In this document: positions 53,591-62,069 of the stretch, in pieces
Position numbering within the stretch: the first letter of the stretch is position 1
How the letters are laid out: each line of letters starts with the position of its first letter
From: a virus
DNA length: 64,000 nucleotides
Virus record (IMG/VR): IMGVR_UViG_3300044832_000053
Location: 1 to 64,000 of that record
Reading direction: 5' to 3' (one strand)
Program-made: the position numbers and the translations under genes
Notes under the pieces: generated by a model
What the model was told of the DNA's origin: nothing
Database searches by the model: none
Seen by the model: the letters and a program-made list of their open reading frames with translations, nothing else

Positions 53591-54031
53591 CTAACGGATA
53601 CGCCAGTAGGTTGGCGAGCCCCACAGCCGGTGCCAGCCGACCCGGGTACCGGGCTGCTGTGCGCCGAAGCTGCCGTGCATCGTCACGAACTCGACGTGGT
53701 AGTTCCCCCAGAAGACAAGATCACCCCGCCGCCGCTGGCTGGCGGGAATCCGGTAGATCCGGCCACTGGACAGCATCTGGCCAGTGGTCCGGGGCATGCC
53801 GTATCCCGCGTGATTGAGGGCGGACATCACCAGGCCGGAGCAGTCATACCCCTGGGCACAGGACGTGCCGCCGTAGGAGTACCAGCAGCCCGCCTTGCCC
53901 TCGGCCCAGTTGAGGGCCGAGTAGCTGACCGAGCGGGCACTGGCACTGGCCGGGGCGGCCTGGCCGGGCCCTGCGGACATGAAGAGAACACCAGCCAGGA
54001 CCAGAGCCGCAAGCGCAGCCGTGCGCCTCAC
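53591..54031 (-). CDS. Secreted NlpC/P60 peptidase
   Basis: Signal peptide; YSYGG, YDCSGLV, PRT, RGDLVF, HV. Confidence 0.9.
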   Translation of the reverse strand: MRRTAALAALVLAGVLFMSAGPGQAAPASASARSVSYSALNWAEGKAGCWYSYGGTSCAQGYDCSGLVMSALNHAGYGMPRTTGQMLSSGRIYRIPASQRRRGDLVFWGNYHVEFVTMHGSFGAQQPGTRVGWHRLWGSPTYWRIR

Positions 54032-54510
54032 CGGGCCAGCTCCGACGCTATCTCGATCTGGGCCGCGAGCTGGCTGACGTTCAGGCCGCCCCAGCAGTTC
54101 ACGGAGGCCCAGGACGGTGACTCCGCCGGGCCCAGGTAGCTAGTGTCATCGACACTGATGTCATCCATCCAGAACCCGGGCCCCGGCTCGGGCTCCGCGT
54201 CGGTGGTGGTGCCTATCTCACTCCACCCGCGAGCAGCCCACGGCTCCGCGACCACGGGCTCGTTGCGGATCACCGGGAAGCTGACCGTCTCAGTCACCGG
54301 CATGAAGCTGTCCGGGACCGGCCGCTCAACCGGGACCGGGTGCGTGTCGTCGTCGGTCATCAGCGGGCCGGAGGGCACGTAGTTCCAGCGCCGCCAGCGG
54401 CGGTAGCGCCTGATAACGAACCAGGCGGCCTCGGCCAGGGTGACTGCCAGCCCGATCCCCAGCACCCACTGGGCGGTCAGCAGGACGTGCGGGGGAAGGT
54501 CAGCAGCCAT
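54028..54510 (-). CDS. Single-TM membrane protein
   Basis: TM helix followed by RRYRRWRR. Confidence 0.55.
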   Translation of the reverse strand: MAADLPPHVLLTAQWVLGIGLAVTLAEAAWFVIRRYRRWRRWNYVPSGPLMTDDDTHPVPVERPVPDSFMPVTETVSFPVIRNEPVVAEPWAARGWSEIGTTTDAEPEPGPGFWMDDISVDDTSYLGPAESPSWASVNCWGGLNVSQLAAQIEIASELAR

Positions 54511-55231
54511 CGTAAGCACTCCAGGCGCTCGTGCCGCCCGCCGCATACTCAGCCGCGAAGGCGGCGTTCTGGGTGGCCACGGAGGCGTTCTCAGGCAGCC
54601 CGGAGAAGCCCAGCCCGGCCCAGGTGGACGGGAGGAAGCCGTACAGGCCCCCGGCCCCGCTGGAGGCGTTGACGGCCGCCGGGTTGCCCCCGGACTCGGC
54701 CTGGATCACGCACGCCTGGAAGCTGCCCATCCCCGAAGTCCCAACAGACACCGTCGTTGAGTTGGAACCAGGGGCCGATGCTCCAACGGAAGTTGAGGGC
54801 TGCGCCGGGGCCGGGGATGTTTCACGTGGAACCGGCGGGGGAGCGGGGTGCGTATGCCGGGGAGGAGGAGGCACCGCGTCGGGCATGGCCGGGATAGTCA
54901 GCACCGTGCCAGCCGGGACGATGTCCGCCCAGTGCACGGGCGGGTGGTTGGCCCAGTAGATCACTGGCCAGGTGGCCGGGTTCCCGTACTGGGAGCCCGC
55001 GATCGAGGACAGCGTGTCGCCCTCGCGGACCTTGTAGGGGTGAGGGTAGATCACGGCTGCGGCAGCCGCCCGGCGGGGTGGTGCGTGATGGAAGATGATC
55101 TCGTTCCGGGCCTGTGCCGTATTCGCGATCTGCGCTACTACCGGAGCCGTGCTGCCCTGGGCCACAATGACCGCAGCGGCGGCTGCGGTGATCACGGGGG
55201 CAGCACTGAGAAAGATCTTGCGGGTCAGCAT
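54500..55231 (-). CDS. Secreted LysM plus Rpf-like transglycosylase
   Basis: YKVREGDTLSSIA..IYWAN; C...ESGGN..GGLYGF..STW..Q..W..C. Confidence 0.88.
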   Translation of the reverse strand: MLTRKIFLSAAPVITAAAAAVIVAQGSTAPVVAQIANTAQARNEIIFHHAPPRRAAAAAVIYPHPYKVREGDTLSSIAGSQYGNPATWPVIYWANHPPVHWADIVPAGTVLTIPAMPDAVPPPPRHTHPAPPPVPRETSPAPAQPSTSVGASAPGSNSTTVSVGTSGMGSFQACVIQAESGGNPAAVNASSGAGGLYGFLPSTWAGLGFSGLPENASVATQNAAFAAEYAAGGTSAWSAYDGC

Positions 55232-55405
55232 CGAGCTGCTTCCTGCCGTAGTTCGCCCTGCTGCGGCGAGACCCGCTGACCGGCGTGCAGGCCGGTTCAG
55301 CGGGCCTCGTCTGGGGGCCTTAATCCCGGGCTGGCGTCACCCGGTCAATCGAGTTGAGCCATGCGACCATCCGGGCCGCCTCCTCATCACCTGTCCACCA
55401 TTCCG

Positions 55406-55684
55406 CTAGGCGGCCTCGGGCTTCACGGGTGAACTGCCACGGAGCGGCGGCAGCGCGAGCCGCGCGGCGGCATCCACGGCCGCCACAGCGCCGGACAGCA
55501 TGGACCGCCCCATCCCTGACTGGGCCGGGGGGATGATCCCGATCTGCTCCACCACCAGGACTGGCTCCCCGCCCGCTGGCTCCAGCAAGGCGGTGATGCA
55601 GCCGGTGATAAGTGAGCCCGGCGGCAGCAAGCTGGCGTCGGACTCGATGCGGGACCCTTCGGAGTCCACGAACATGATCTTCAT
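55406..55684 (-). CDS. Hypothetical protein
   Basis: GATCAAGATGGAG leader. Confidence 0.55.
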   Translation of the reverse strand: MKIMFVDSEGSRIESDASLLPPGSLITGCITALLEPAGGEPVLVVEQIGIIPPAQSGMGRSMLSGAVAAVDAAARLALPPLRGSSPVKPEAA

Positions 55685-55975
55685 CTGTCTCCATCTTGAT
55701 CTTTCCCGTGAAAGGGGCTACCCCGGCACCAGCGTGGTTCAGCTCTGGTGCCCTGCCGGACGTGTCCGGGGCCGGGGACATGAACCGGACCCTAGCCCGG
55801 TCACCGGGTGTACGCCAGGGGGTTGCGGGTTCTCACGCTCCGCATCCGCTCGCAGGAGCAGGCCGTGCACCCGCAGGCGCACCCGGGCTCGCAGCCGCAT
55901 AGTTCCTGCTTGCGGCGGGTCTCCGCCGGGGGGCAGCACCGCACCGGCCACGGCCTGTGGCGCAGCCCCCGCCGG

Positions 55976-56299
55976 TTACGCCGGGGCATCCGCCATCAGC
56001 ACCCAGCTCCCGCCCTCGTTCCCGGTCAGCGTCCACTCGAACGTCTTGTGCGTGTCGGTGGTCCGCAGCAGGTCACCCGGCGCGGTGCCCTCGGCCTGGC
56101 CCATGTCCCGCTCCATGCAGTGCTGGAGATCCCGTCCCCGCCAGCCTGCCAGCTCGCCGGTCAGCGCCTCAACTTCGGCCTGCTTCTCGCTGATCACCCG
56201 CAGGGCCAGCTCCAGCATGTTCCGCATGCCGTGGCTCAGGCTGGCCTGGCGCATCGCCAGCAGCCGCTCGTAGTCCGTGGGCTCGCCGTTTACCGTCAT
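55976..56299 (-). CDS. Hypothetical protein
   Basis: Start adjoins the AGGATGTCAACA motif. Confidence 0.6.
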   Translation of the reverse strand: MTVNGEPTDYERLLAMRQASLSHGMRNMLELALRVISEKQAEVEALTGELAGWRGRDLQHCMERDMGQAEGTAPGDLLRTTDTHKTFEWTLTGNEGGSWVLMADAPA

Positions 56300-56395
56300 T
56301 GTTGACATCCTCTCGTATGACATGCAGACGGGGCAGCCGGTTCGTGTCATGGTGATCCCCGGCCGCCCCGTTCCCCTGGAGGGGGCTTCCTCGGG

Positions 56396-56767
56396 CTAGC
56401 TGCCCGCCTTCGCCATCTCGGCCAGCTTGTTCGACGTGTCCTTCTGGATGATGTCGAAGATCTCTGGGTCAAACCCATCGTGCGCCCCGTCGATCATCGC
56501 CTGCACGGCCTCCTGGCCGCCGCGCCTGGCCACCTCGGCCACCAGGTTCTGGGCGAAGAACCACAGCTCGTGGCCGAGCACGTCATGCGGCTGGAAACTG
56601 CCGCCCGCGTCACCCATGCGGATCTTGGGTGCCTGGCCGGGGACCTGCGGGGCCTTGCTGCGGATGAAGTACAGGCAGTCGCCTGCGTAGCTGGAGCAGA
56701 ACGTGATCGCGCCCTCGGGCAGGTTCAGCTTCTCCAGCGGCGACGGGACAGGCTGCTCAATTGCCAT
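56396..56767 (-). CDS. Hypothetical protein
   Basis: Start adjoins the AAGGATGTCAACA motif. Confidence 0.6.
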   Translation of the reverse strand: MAIEQPVPSPLEKLNLPEGAITFCSSYAGDCLYFIRSKAPQVPGQAPKIRMGDAGGSFQPHDVLGHELWFFAQNLVAEVARRGGQEAVQAMIDGAHDGFDPEIFDIIQKDTSNKLAEMAKAGS

Positions 56768-57131
56768 TGTTGACATCCTTCTCTTGATGCTCCGGGCCGG
56801 TCTGGCCGGGAGTTCCTTCCGGGCACGTGCGGCCCCGGCCAAGATCGTTGGCCTGGCGCTCGTGCTCGATGATCACGGCTGCCCACTCGGGCAGCCTGCT
56901 GTAGGGGAACTTGCTGGCCACCCGGCCTGCCTGGCCGATCTTGTCCCCGTGCACCAGGATGGCGATCGGGTCTTCCTCGCCCAGGCGGATCGTGAAGGTG
57001 ATCGTGTCCGGGGCCAGCCAGCGGGTCAGGGTGCCCCGGACCCGTTCCTTCTCCGGCCAGCCTTCGTCGCCCACGGCGCACTCGATGCGGACGAACCAGC
57101 TCTCGCTGTGCTGGACGGTGGTGTCGGGCAT
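56757..57131 (-). CDS. Hypothetical protein
   Basis: TGATG coupling. Confidence 0.55.
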   Translation of the reverse strand: MPDTTVQHSESWFVRIECAVGDEGWPEKERVRGTLTRWLAPDTITFTIRLGEEDPIAILVHGDKIGQAGRVASKFPYSRLPEWAAVIIEHERQANDLGRGRTCPEGTPGQTGPEHQEKDVNNGN

Positions 57132-57286
57132 CAGCGGATCTCCAGCATCGCGATGTCGAAGTCACCCTCCGGGCCGCTGGCCTCGTCCAGCTCAACAGTG
57201 ATGTTCAGCTCGTTTCCGTCGATGTCCGTCACGGGCGGGTCACCGGGGATCTCCTCCAGCCTGCGGATCAGCTCGCTCTTGCGCAT
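57131..57286 (-). CDS. Small acidic hypothetical protein
   Basis: MRKSELIRRLEEIPGD; coupled at both ends. Confidence 0.55.
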   Translation of the reverse strand: MRKSELIRRLEEIPGDPPVTDIDGNELNITVELDEASGPEGDFDIAMLEIR

Positions 57287-57810
57287 CAGGCACCGTCCTG
57301 GTCGGCGTCCACGGCCTCCTGGATGGCCTGGGTGACCGCAGCATCCAGCCGGGTCACCCGGCCCTTGCGGTAGGCGCTCAGGGCGTTCTGGGCCTCTGAG
57401 ACGGCCTCGGTCAGCCGGATGATCTCAGCCGCCTCGTCGTCGGTCAGCGGCGGCACGAAGTAGTCGGAGCTGTACCGCTCGGTGATCTGCTCGCTCTTGC
57501 CGCCCGCGCCGTCCCAGCGGGCCAGGACGTTGCCGTTGGCCTGGTGGATGCCGGTCGCGGTGCCGATGCGGTTGTAAAGGCTCCCGCCGCTGTAGCCGCC
57601 CTTGCGGTCGATCCGGCTGAACCGGACAGAGACCTTCGCGGCGGCCTTCTTGGTCAGCACCAGGAGCTGCTCACGCAGGTGCTCCTTGGTGTCGGATGCC
57701 CTCATCGCGTCCTGGTAGACGGCAAGCCAGCGGCCAGCGTCGTCCACGCGGACCTGGTACCTGGTGCCCCGGACCTCGATCTCGCCAGCCGGGTAGTCGT
57801 TGCTGCTCAT
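57286..57810 (-). CDS. Hypothetical protein
   Basis: GAGGAG RBS. Confidence 0.7.
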   Translation of the reverse strand: MSSNDYPAGEIEVRGTRYQVRVDDAGRWLAVYQDAMRASDTKEHLREQLLVLTKKAAAKVSVRFSRIDRKGGYSGGSLYNRIGTATGIHQANGNVLARWDGAGGKSEQITERYSSDYFVPPLTDDEAAEIIRLTEAVSEAQNALSAYRKGRVTRLDAAVTQAIQEAVDADQDGA

Positions 57811-58100
57811 GATCGTTCTCCTCGTCTTTGATCTTGATCTTGAAGGGGGTTGTCCCGGATCAGCGTCCAGTGGTAGGCCCCGGTGCCTGACATTACCCTG
57901 CGCGACACCCTGCCCTCGGCCAGCAGCGTCTTAAGGACACGGCGCACTCCAGGCAGCATGCCCGCAGTGTCCGGCTTCCCGGGGTGGTGGGGCTCCCGCC
58001 GGGCCAGTGCCTCCGCGATGCCCTTGGCGTCCTGGCCCCTGCTGGCCGGGTTGTAATTGGCCAGCTCAGCCAGGACCCTCTGGTACAAGTCGTCGCTCAT
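57807..58100 (-). CDS. Putative winged-HTH protein
   Basis: AKGIAEAL..VRRVLKTLLAEGRVSR..YHW. Confidence 0.55.
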   Translation of the reverse strand: MSDDLYQRVLAELANYNPASRGQDAKGIAEALARREPHHPGKPDTAGMLPGVRRVLKTLLAEGRVSRRVMSGTGAYHWTLIRDNPLQDQDQRRGERS

Positions 58101-58510
58101 GATCCGCTCATCCTGGCCAGCTCGCACTGGCCGGTGTTGTCAGCGTGGCTGGCCCGCCAGTGGGTGATCGTCTTGTCGGTCATCCCGCCTGGCCGCCCCA
58201 GCATCGTGACCGTCTCGAACTGCCACAGCCCCTTCTCCACGGCCATGGCCGCCAGAATCTCGGATACGTCCTGGGACAGGCGGCACTCGCGCTGGATGTC
58301 GCGGGCCAGCACCGTGCTGCCCGCCGAGGACCAGGTCTGGACAGCGACCCGCCGCCGCGCCCTGCGGGCCTCGCCGTCGGCGCGGCTCTGGCACTGCCTG
58401 GTCCCATCGGCGTGGCTCCACCTGCCAGCCGGGTCAGCCGTGTCTGGCTTCACGGGATCGCCGCAGTCACCGCATCGGGTGACGGGCTCGTACTCGTACT
58501 CCCCGGTCAT
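58097..58510 (-). CDS. Hypothetical protein with Zn knuckle
   Basis: CGDCG...WSH...C. Confidence 0.55.
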   Translation of the reverse strand: MTGEYEYEPVTRCGDCGDPVKPDTADPAGRWSHADGTRQCQSRADGEARRARRRVAVQTWSSAGSTVLARDIQRECRLSQDVSEILAAMAVEKGLWQFETVTMLGRPGGMTDKTITHWRASHADNTGQCELARMSGS

Positions 58511-58959
58511 GCCCAGTCACCTGCCCTCGGGGGCTCCCAGTCCAGGGCCAGGTCGCCGGTCCGCAGCTCGTCCACCAGCTCATACAGGGGCCAGAACGCT
58601 TCCATGCCCCCGGTGGTGGTCACCCAGAGGAAGGCGTCCCGGACGTCGTCCCGCTCGGTCAGGAAGTAGGCGTTCTGGGCGTCCTTGACCAGGGCCCGGA
58701 CGGTGCCGGTGACGATGCCAGCGGCGGTCATCCGGCCGACCTTGGCCTTGCGCTCGGCCGCGCCGAGGATGTCCCCGATCCGGCCCGCCTCGCTGATGCC
58801 GAGGGTCCGGCGGCCAGCCTGGCGCAGGTCCAGCGCGGGCCATGCCTCGCCGCGCACCGCGATGGTGGGCGACAGGCCCATCTCGCGGCCGTGCTCGGCC
58901 AGCTCGCCCTCCATGTTCTCGGCGTCCAGGTCGGCCATCTCGAACTGGTAGCTCCTCAT
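58507..58959 (-). CDS. Hypothetical protein
   Basis: ATGA overlaps. Confidence 0.6.
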   Translation of the reverse strand: MRSYQFEMADLDAENMEGELAEHGREMGLSPTIAVRGEAWPALDLRQAGRRTLGISEAGRIGDILGAAERKAKVGRMTAAGIVTGTVRALVKDAQNAYFLTERDDVRDAFLWVTTTGGMEAFWPLYELVDELRTGDLALDWEPPRAGDWA

Positions 58960-59549
58960 CGGGTGCCCCCGTAGTTCATGATCGCCTCGGCCGTCTCGTC
59001 GTAGCTCAGGCCGGGCTTGTAGATGTCCAGCCCCGCCAGTGCCTCGCCCAGGTCGCTCAGCGAGAGAGTGAGACGCCGCAGGGTCCCGGCCTCCTCATAC
59101 ACGGTGCCCCGGGCATCCTGGATGTTCTGGTAGATCCGCTCCTCATCGGCAGCGGTCATGGGCCCGTAATTGCCCTGGGCGTCCGGGATGAACAGGGGCT
59201 CAGGCCCAGGAGCGGGCCGCAGTGCCTTCCTGCCGGGGTTGTCGCGCTCGTACGCGGCCTCGGTCTCAGTCAGCGCCTCACGCGCCCGCTCCGCCACGTT
59301 GTCATCGGCCTCGGTGCGGAACAGCCACCAGCCCTTCTGGCCCTCATGCGTGTGGCGGGCGAAGGTACTGAACCGCCCATCCAGGGCAGGCACGCACTCA
59401 GCGTGCATCTGGCCGGGCCCGCTGGTGCACGCCGGGTCGCTGACCCCGGACGGGTACTGCTGCTCGTAGCCCTGCTCAGCGCGGGCGTCCCTCTCTTCAT
59501 CGGTCTCCGGCCGGATCTCCCGGCACGGGCAACCCAGGTTGTCAGGCAT
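58956..59549 (-). CDS. Hypothetical protein
   Basis: AAGGAAG RBS; CAAGATCAA leader. Confidence 0.65.
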   Translation of the reverse strand: MPDNLGCPCREIRPETDEERDARAEQGYEQQYPSGVSDPACTSGPGQMHAECVPALDGRFSTFARHTHEGQKGWWLFRTEADDNVAERAREALTETEAAYERDNPGRKALRPAPGPEPLFIPDAQGNYGPMTAADEERIYQNIQDARGTVYEEAGTLRRLTLSLSDLGEALAGLDIYKPGLSYDETAEAIMNYGGTR

Positions 59550-59591
59550 GTCTTCCTTCTTTGATCTTGGATCGTGGCTGAACTTGCACCT

Positions 59592-59617
59592 AGCATAACA
59601 CCTCTGTTGACATCCTT
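59592..59617 (-). promoter_or_regulatory. Putative promoter (TATGCT -10) with adjacent AAGGATGTCAACA motif
   Basis: Minus strand reads AAGGATGTCAACAGAGGTGTTATGCT; intergenic. Confidence 0.5.
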
Positions 59618-59628
59618 ATTCCCGCAGG

Positions 59629-60222
59629 TCAGCGCCGGTTCTGGAGCTTGATCAGGTCCAGGGCCTCGCCGTTCTCCAGCTCATACTGGGCCAGGAAGGC
59701 GTCGATGTCGCGGTCATGCTGGGCGTCATGCAGTGCATGGTGCTCGGCCGCCGGGTCCTGGTCCGGGACCGCCGGGCTGCCCAGCCGGTCGTTTTCCTGC
59801 TTGAGGTCCCGGGTCCACATCGGGATGCCCTCGGGCCGGTCGATCATGGACCCCCAGAGCTGCATCAGGGCCACGTGATCGTAGGCGGCGTACCAGGCAT
59901 TGAGCTGCGGCTCGCCAGCCGCAAGGATGAAGTCCCGGACCTCGTCCGCGATCTGCGGCTGGGGACGCACGGCGGCGAACTCGGGGTGCTCGGTGTCCCA
60001 GGCCCAGCCGCCATACCTGCTCTCATCGAAGACCACCGGCAGGTGCGGCAGCACGTTGGCGGCCAGCCACTTACGCCGGACTACCTGGTCCATGGTCATC
60101 CGGTCATCAGTGACCGCGTAATAGGCCAGGCCGTCCTCTCGGACCAGCCCGATGGAGACCAGCTCGATGGTGACCCCGTTCTCCACGAACTCGGTGTCGT
60201 AATAGATCCTGGTCATGATCAT
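59629..60222 (-). CDS. DEDDh 3'-5' exoribonuclease (RNase AS/DUF5051-like)
   Basis: YYDTEF, LVSIG, YAAYDHV.L.QLWG.M, HHALHDA. Confidence 0.88.
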   Translation of the reverse strand: MIMTRIYYDTEFVENGVTIELVSIGLVREDGLAYYAVTDDRMTMDQVVRRKWLAANVLPHLPVVFDESRYGGWAWDTEHPEFAAVRPQPQIADEVRDFILAAGEPQLNAWYAAYDHVALMQLWGSMIDRPEGIPMWTRDLKQENDRLGSPAVPDQDPAAEHHALHDAQHDRDIDAFLAQYELENGEALDLIKLQNRR

Positions 60223-60527
60223 TCCTTCCGTGCACCGGGCGGGGTCTCCTCCCCGCGCAGCCAGAACAGCTCAGGGTCGTGCTCGATCCGCCGCAGCAGC
60301 CCCGGGTCGATGCCCATCAGGGCCCCAGGGCGCGCGGCCTCCAGCAGCTCGCGGGCGATGCCGCGCGCCTGGTCCACCCAGCTCGGGATGACCTTGATGG
60401 TGCTGGTGAAGCCCATCTGGTGGCAGACATGCTGGCACGGCACGTCGCAGTATTTACAGCTCCGGCGGCAATCACCGCACTGTGCGTGGAAGCAGGCGGT
60501 GGAGACGTACTCGTGCCCGGCGGCCAT
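60219..60527 (-). CDS. Cys/His-rich Zn-binding protein
   Basis: YVSTACFH..CGDCRRSCKYCDVPCQHVCH. Confidence 0.65.
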   Translation of the reverse strand: MAAGHEYVSTACFHAQCGDCRRSCKYCDVPCQHVCHQMGFTSTIKVIPSWVDQARGIARELLEAARPGALMGIDPGLLRRIEHDPELFWLRGEETPPGARKE

Positions 60528-60964
60528 CAGGCAGGCTTGTTCTCGCCCTTGCGGCGCTCGGCGTCGTCGGCCAGCACTGCGCTGGCCGCCGCCTCCCAGG
60601 CGTCCCGGATGTCCCCGGGAACCAGGCCCCAGTCCGGCAGCTCCGCACCGCTGACCAGGCTCCTGCCGTCCGACTTGGCCAGGTACGCCTCGTAGGCGAC
60701 CTGGCCGGGTGACTTGTCCATTGCTGGCATCCTTTCGGCCGGGGTGATGTTCTTCCCGCTCAGCCCCGTTCCGCCGGGAGCGTGCCGGTGCCCGTACCAG
60801 TCCTCCCGCAGGCGGCTGGCGATCTCGAACGACTCCAGCGCCCTGACCATGTGCTCGGCCAGGATGAAGTCGGGGGTGTCGGACTCGTTCTCCGCACTCT
60901 GCTCGTTCAGCGCTGACTCGATGGCGCTGATCAGCCTGTCCCGGGCCAGGGGTGACCGGGTCAC
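60527..60964 (-). CDS. Hypothetical protein
   Basis: LNEQSAENESDTPDFILA; PGQVAYEAY...W. Confidence 0.7.
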   Translation of the reverse strand: MTRSPLARDRLISAIESALNEQSAENESDTPDFILAEHMVRALESFEIASRLREDWYGHRHAPGGTGLSGKNITPAERMPAMDKSPGQVAYEAYLAKSDGRSLVSGAELPDWGLVPGDIRDAWEAAASAVLADDAERRKGENKPA

Positions 60965-61176
60965 GGCTGGTCATCCCAGCGCTTGAGGGCATCCATCATC
61001 CCCAGCTCCGGGACGACGGTGTTCCCGTACTTCCCGGTGGTGGCGTGCGCGGCGACCCGGATGTAGCACCACATGACCAGCTTGCGCGGAAGATGCCAGA
61101 CGATCTTCATCAGGATCTTCTCCCGCTCCCGGGAGAGCAGGTAGCGGCGGTCCCGCCAGGCGTAGACGATGTTCAC
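60961..61176 (-). CDS. Hypothetical protein
   Basis: WHLPRKLVMWCYIRVAAHATTG; GTGA overlaps. Confidence 0.65.
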   Translation of the reverse strand: MNIVYAWRDRRYLLSREREKILMKIVWHLPRKLVMWCYIRVAAHATTGKYGNTVVPELGMMDALKRWDDQP

Positions 61177-61355
61177 GACGTGCCTACCTGGATGGGTCCC
61201 TGGCCAAGCTGGTCCACTTCCCAGCCGGGCATCGACACCGGGCACTGCTGGCCCCCGGCGGCTGACTCCGTGCACTGCCACAGGTCCCGGTCCTCGAAGT
61301 AAGACATCTTGGTCTTGTGCACGCCGCAGACCACCTCGACGTCAACGTGGGCCAC
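61173..61355 (-). CDS. Small Zn-ribbon-like protein
   Basis: CGVH...WQC...C. Confidence 0.5.
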   Translation of the reverse strand: MAHVDVEVVCGVHKTKMSYFEDRDLWQCTESAAGGQQCPVSMPGWEVDQLGQGPIQVGTS

Positions 61356-61755
61356 GGCGCGGCCCATCCAGGAGAACCGCTCCCGAGGGGGCCTGGGGCA
61401 TCTGGGCGGCCGTGGCCGGGAGCAGCCCGGAGGTCAGGGACAGGCCCATCATGTGGCTCCAGCACAGCGGCACCGGCAGCGGCATCATCCCGTTGCCGCC
61501 AAGGCCGGGCGGGCCCAGCGGAGGGTAGACCCCGACGCCCACCGCGATCTCGATAGGGATGGGGCAGGCCCCGGCAGCCTTGTTCAGGTCCACCACCACC
61601 TGGTCACCGTCCCCGGCCAGCGCCAGCCGCTTCTGGGTCTCGTCGTTCAGGGCCTGGGTAGTTGAGCCCTTGAAGACCGCCGCGCACACCGCGCAGAACT
61701 GCGCCCCGGGTGGCGGCTTAGGCCCTTTGAAGATCAGCGCTGCTGGCACGGGCAC
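61342..61755 (-). CDS. Hypothetical protein
   Basis: CAAGATCAAGGAG leader; CAVC...CWSH. Confidence 0.6.
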   Translation of the reverse strand: MPVPAALIFKGPKPPPGAQFCAVCAAVFKGSTTQALNDETQKRLALAGDGDQVVVDLNKAAGACPIPIEIAVGVGVYPPLGPPGLGGNGMMPLPVPLCWSHMMGLSLTSGLLPATAAQMPQAPSGAVLLDGPRRGPR

Positions 61756-62011
61756 TCTCCTTGATCTTGGCTTTGTACCGGAAGACCGTCCGCTGGCTCA
61801 CGCCGAGCAGCTCCGCCTGCTCGGCGGTGCTGAGAACCGCGACGGCGGGCCGGTTCAGCTCAGCCAGCCTGGATATCCTAGCGGCCTGCGAGCTGTCCAT
61901 GCGGGCCGTGATAGCCCCGCAGCGCATCAGTTTCTGGTAACAGCCGTGGCACCACCGGCTGCGCCGGAGGACCGCGCCCCGGCACCCGCATCTCTCACAG
62001 GTGCCGGTCAT
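61718..62011 (-). CDS. Zn finger plus HTH DNA-binding protein
   Basis: CERC..CHGCY; STAEQAELLGVSQRTVFRYK. Confidence 0.65.
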   Translation of the reverse strand: MTGTCERCGCRGAVLRRSRWCHGCYQKLMRCGAITARMDSSQAARISRLAELNRPAVAVLSTAEQAELLGVSQRTVFRYKAKIKESARASSADLQRA

Positions 62012-62069
62012 GGCTGCGGGCCTTTGCATAGCGGTCCAGCACGCCCCGCACGGCCGCCCTGGACGCAGG

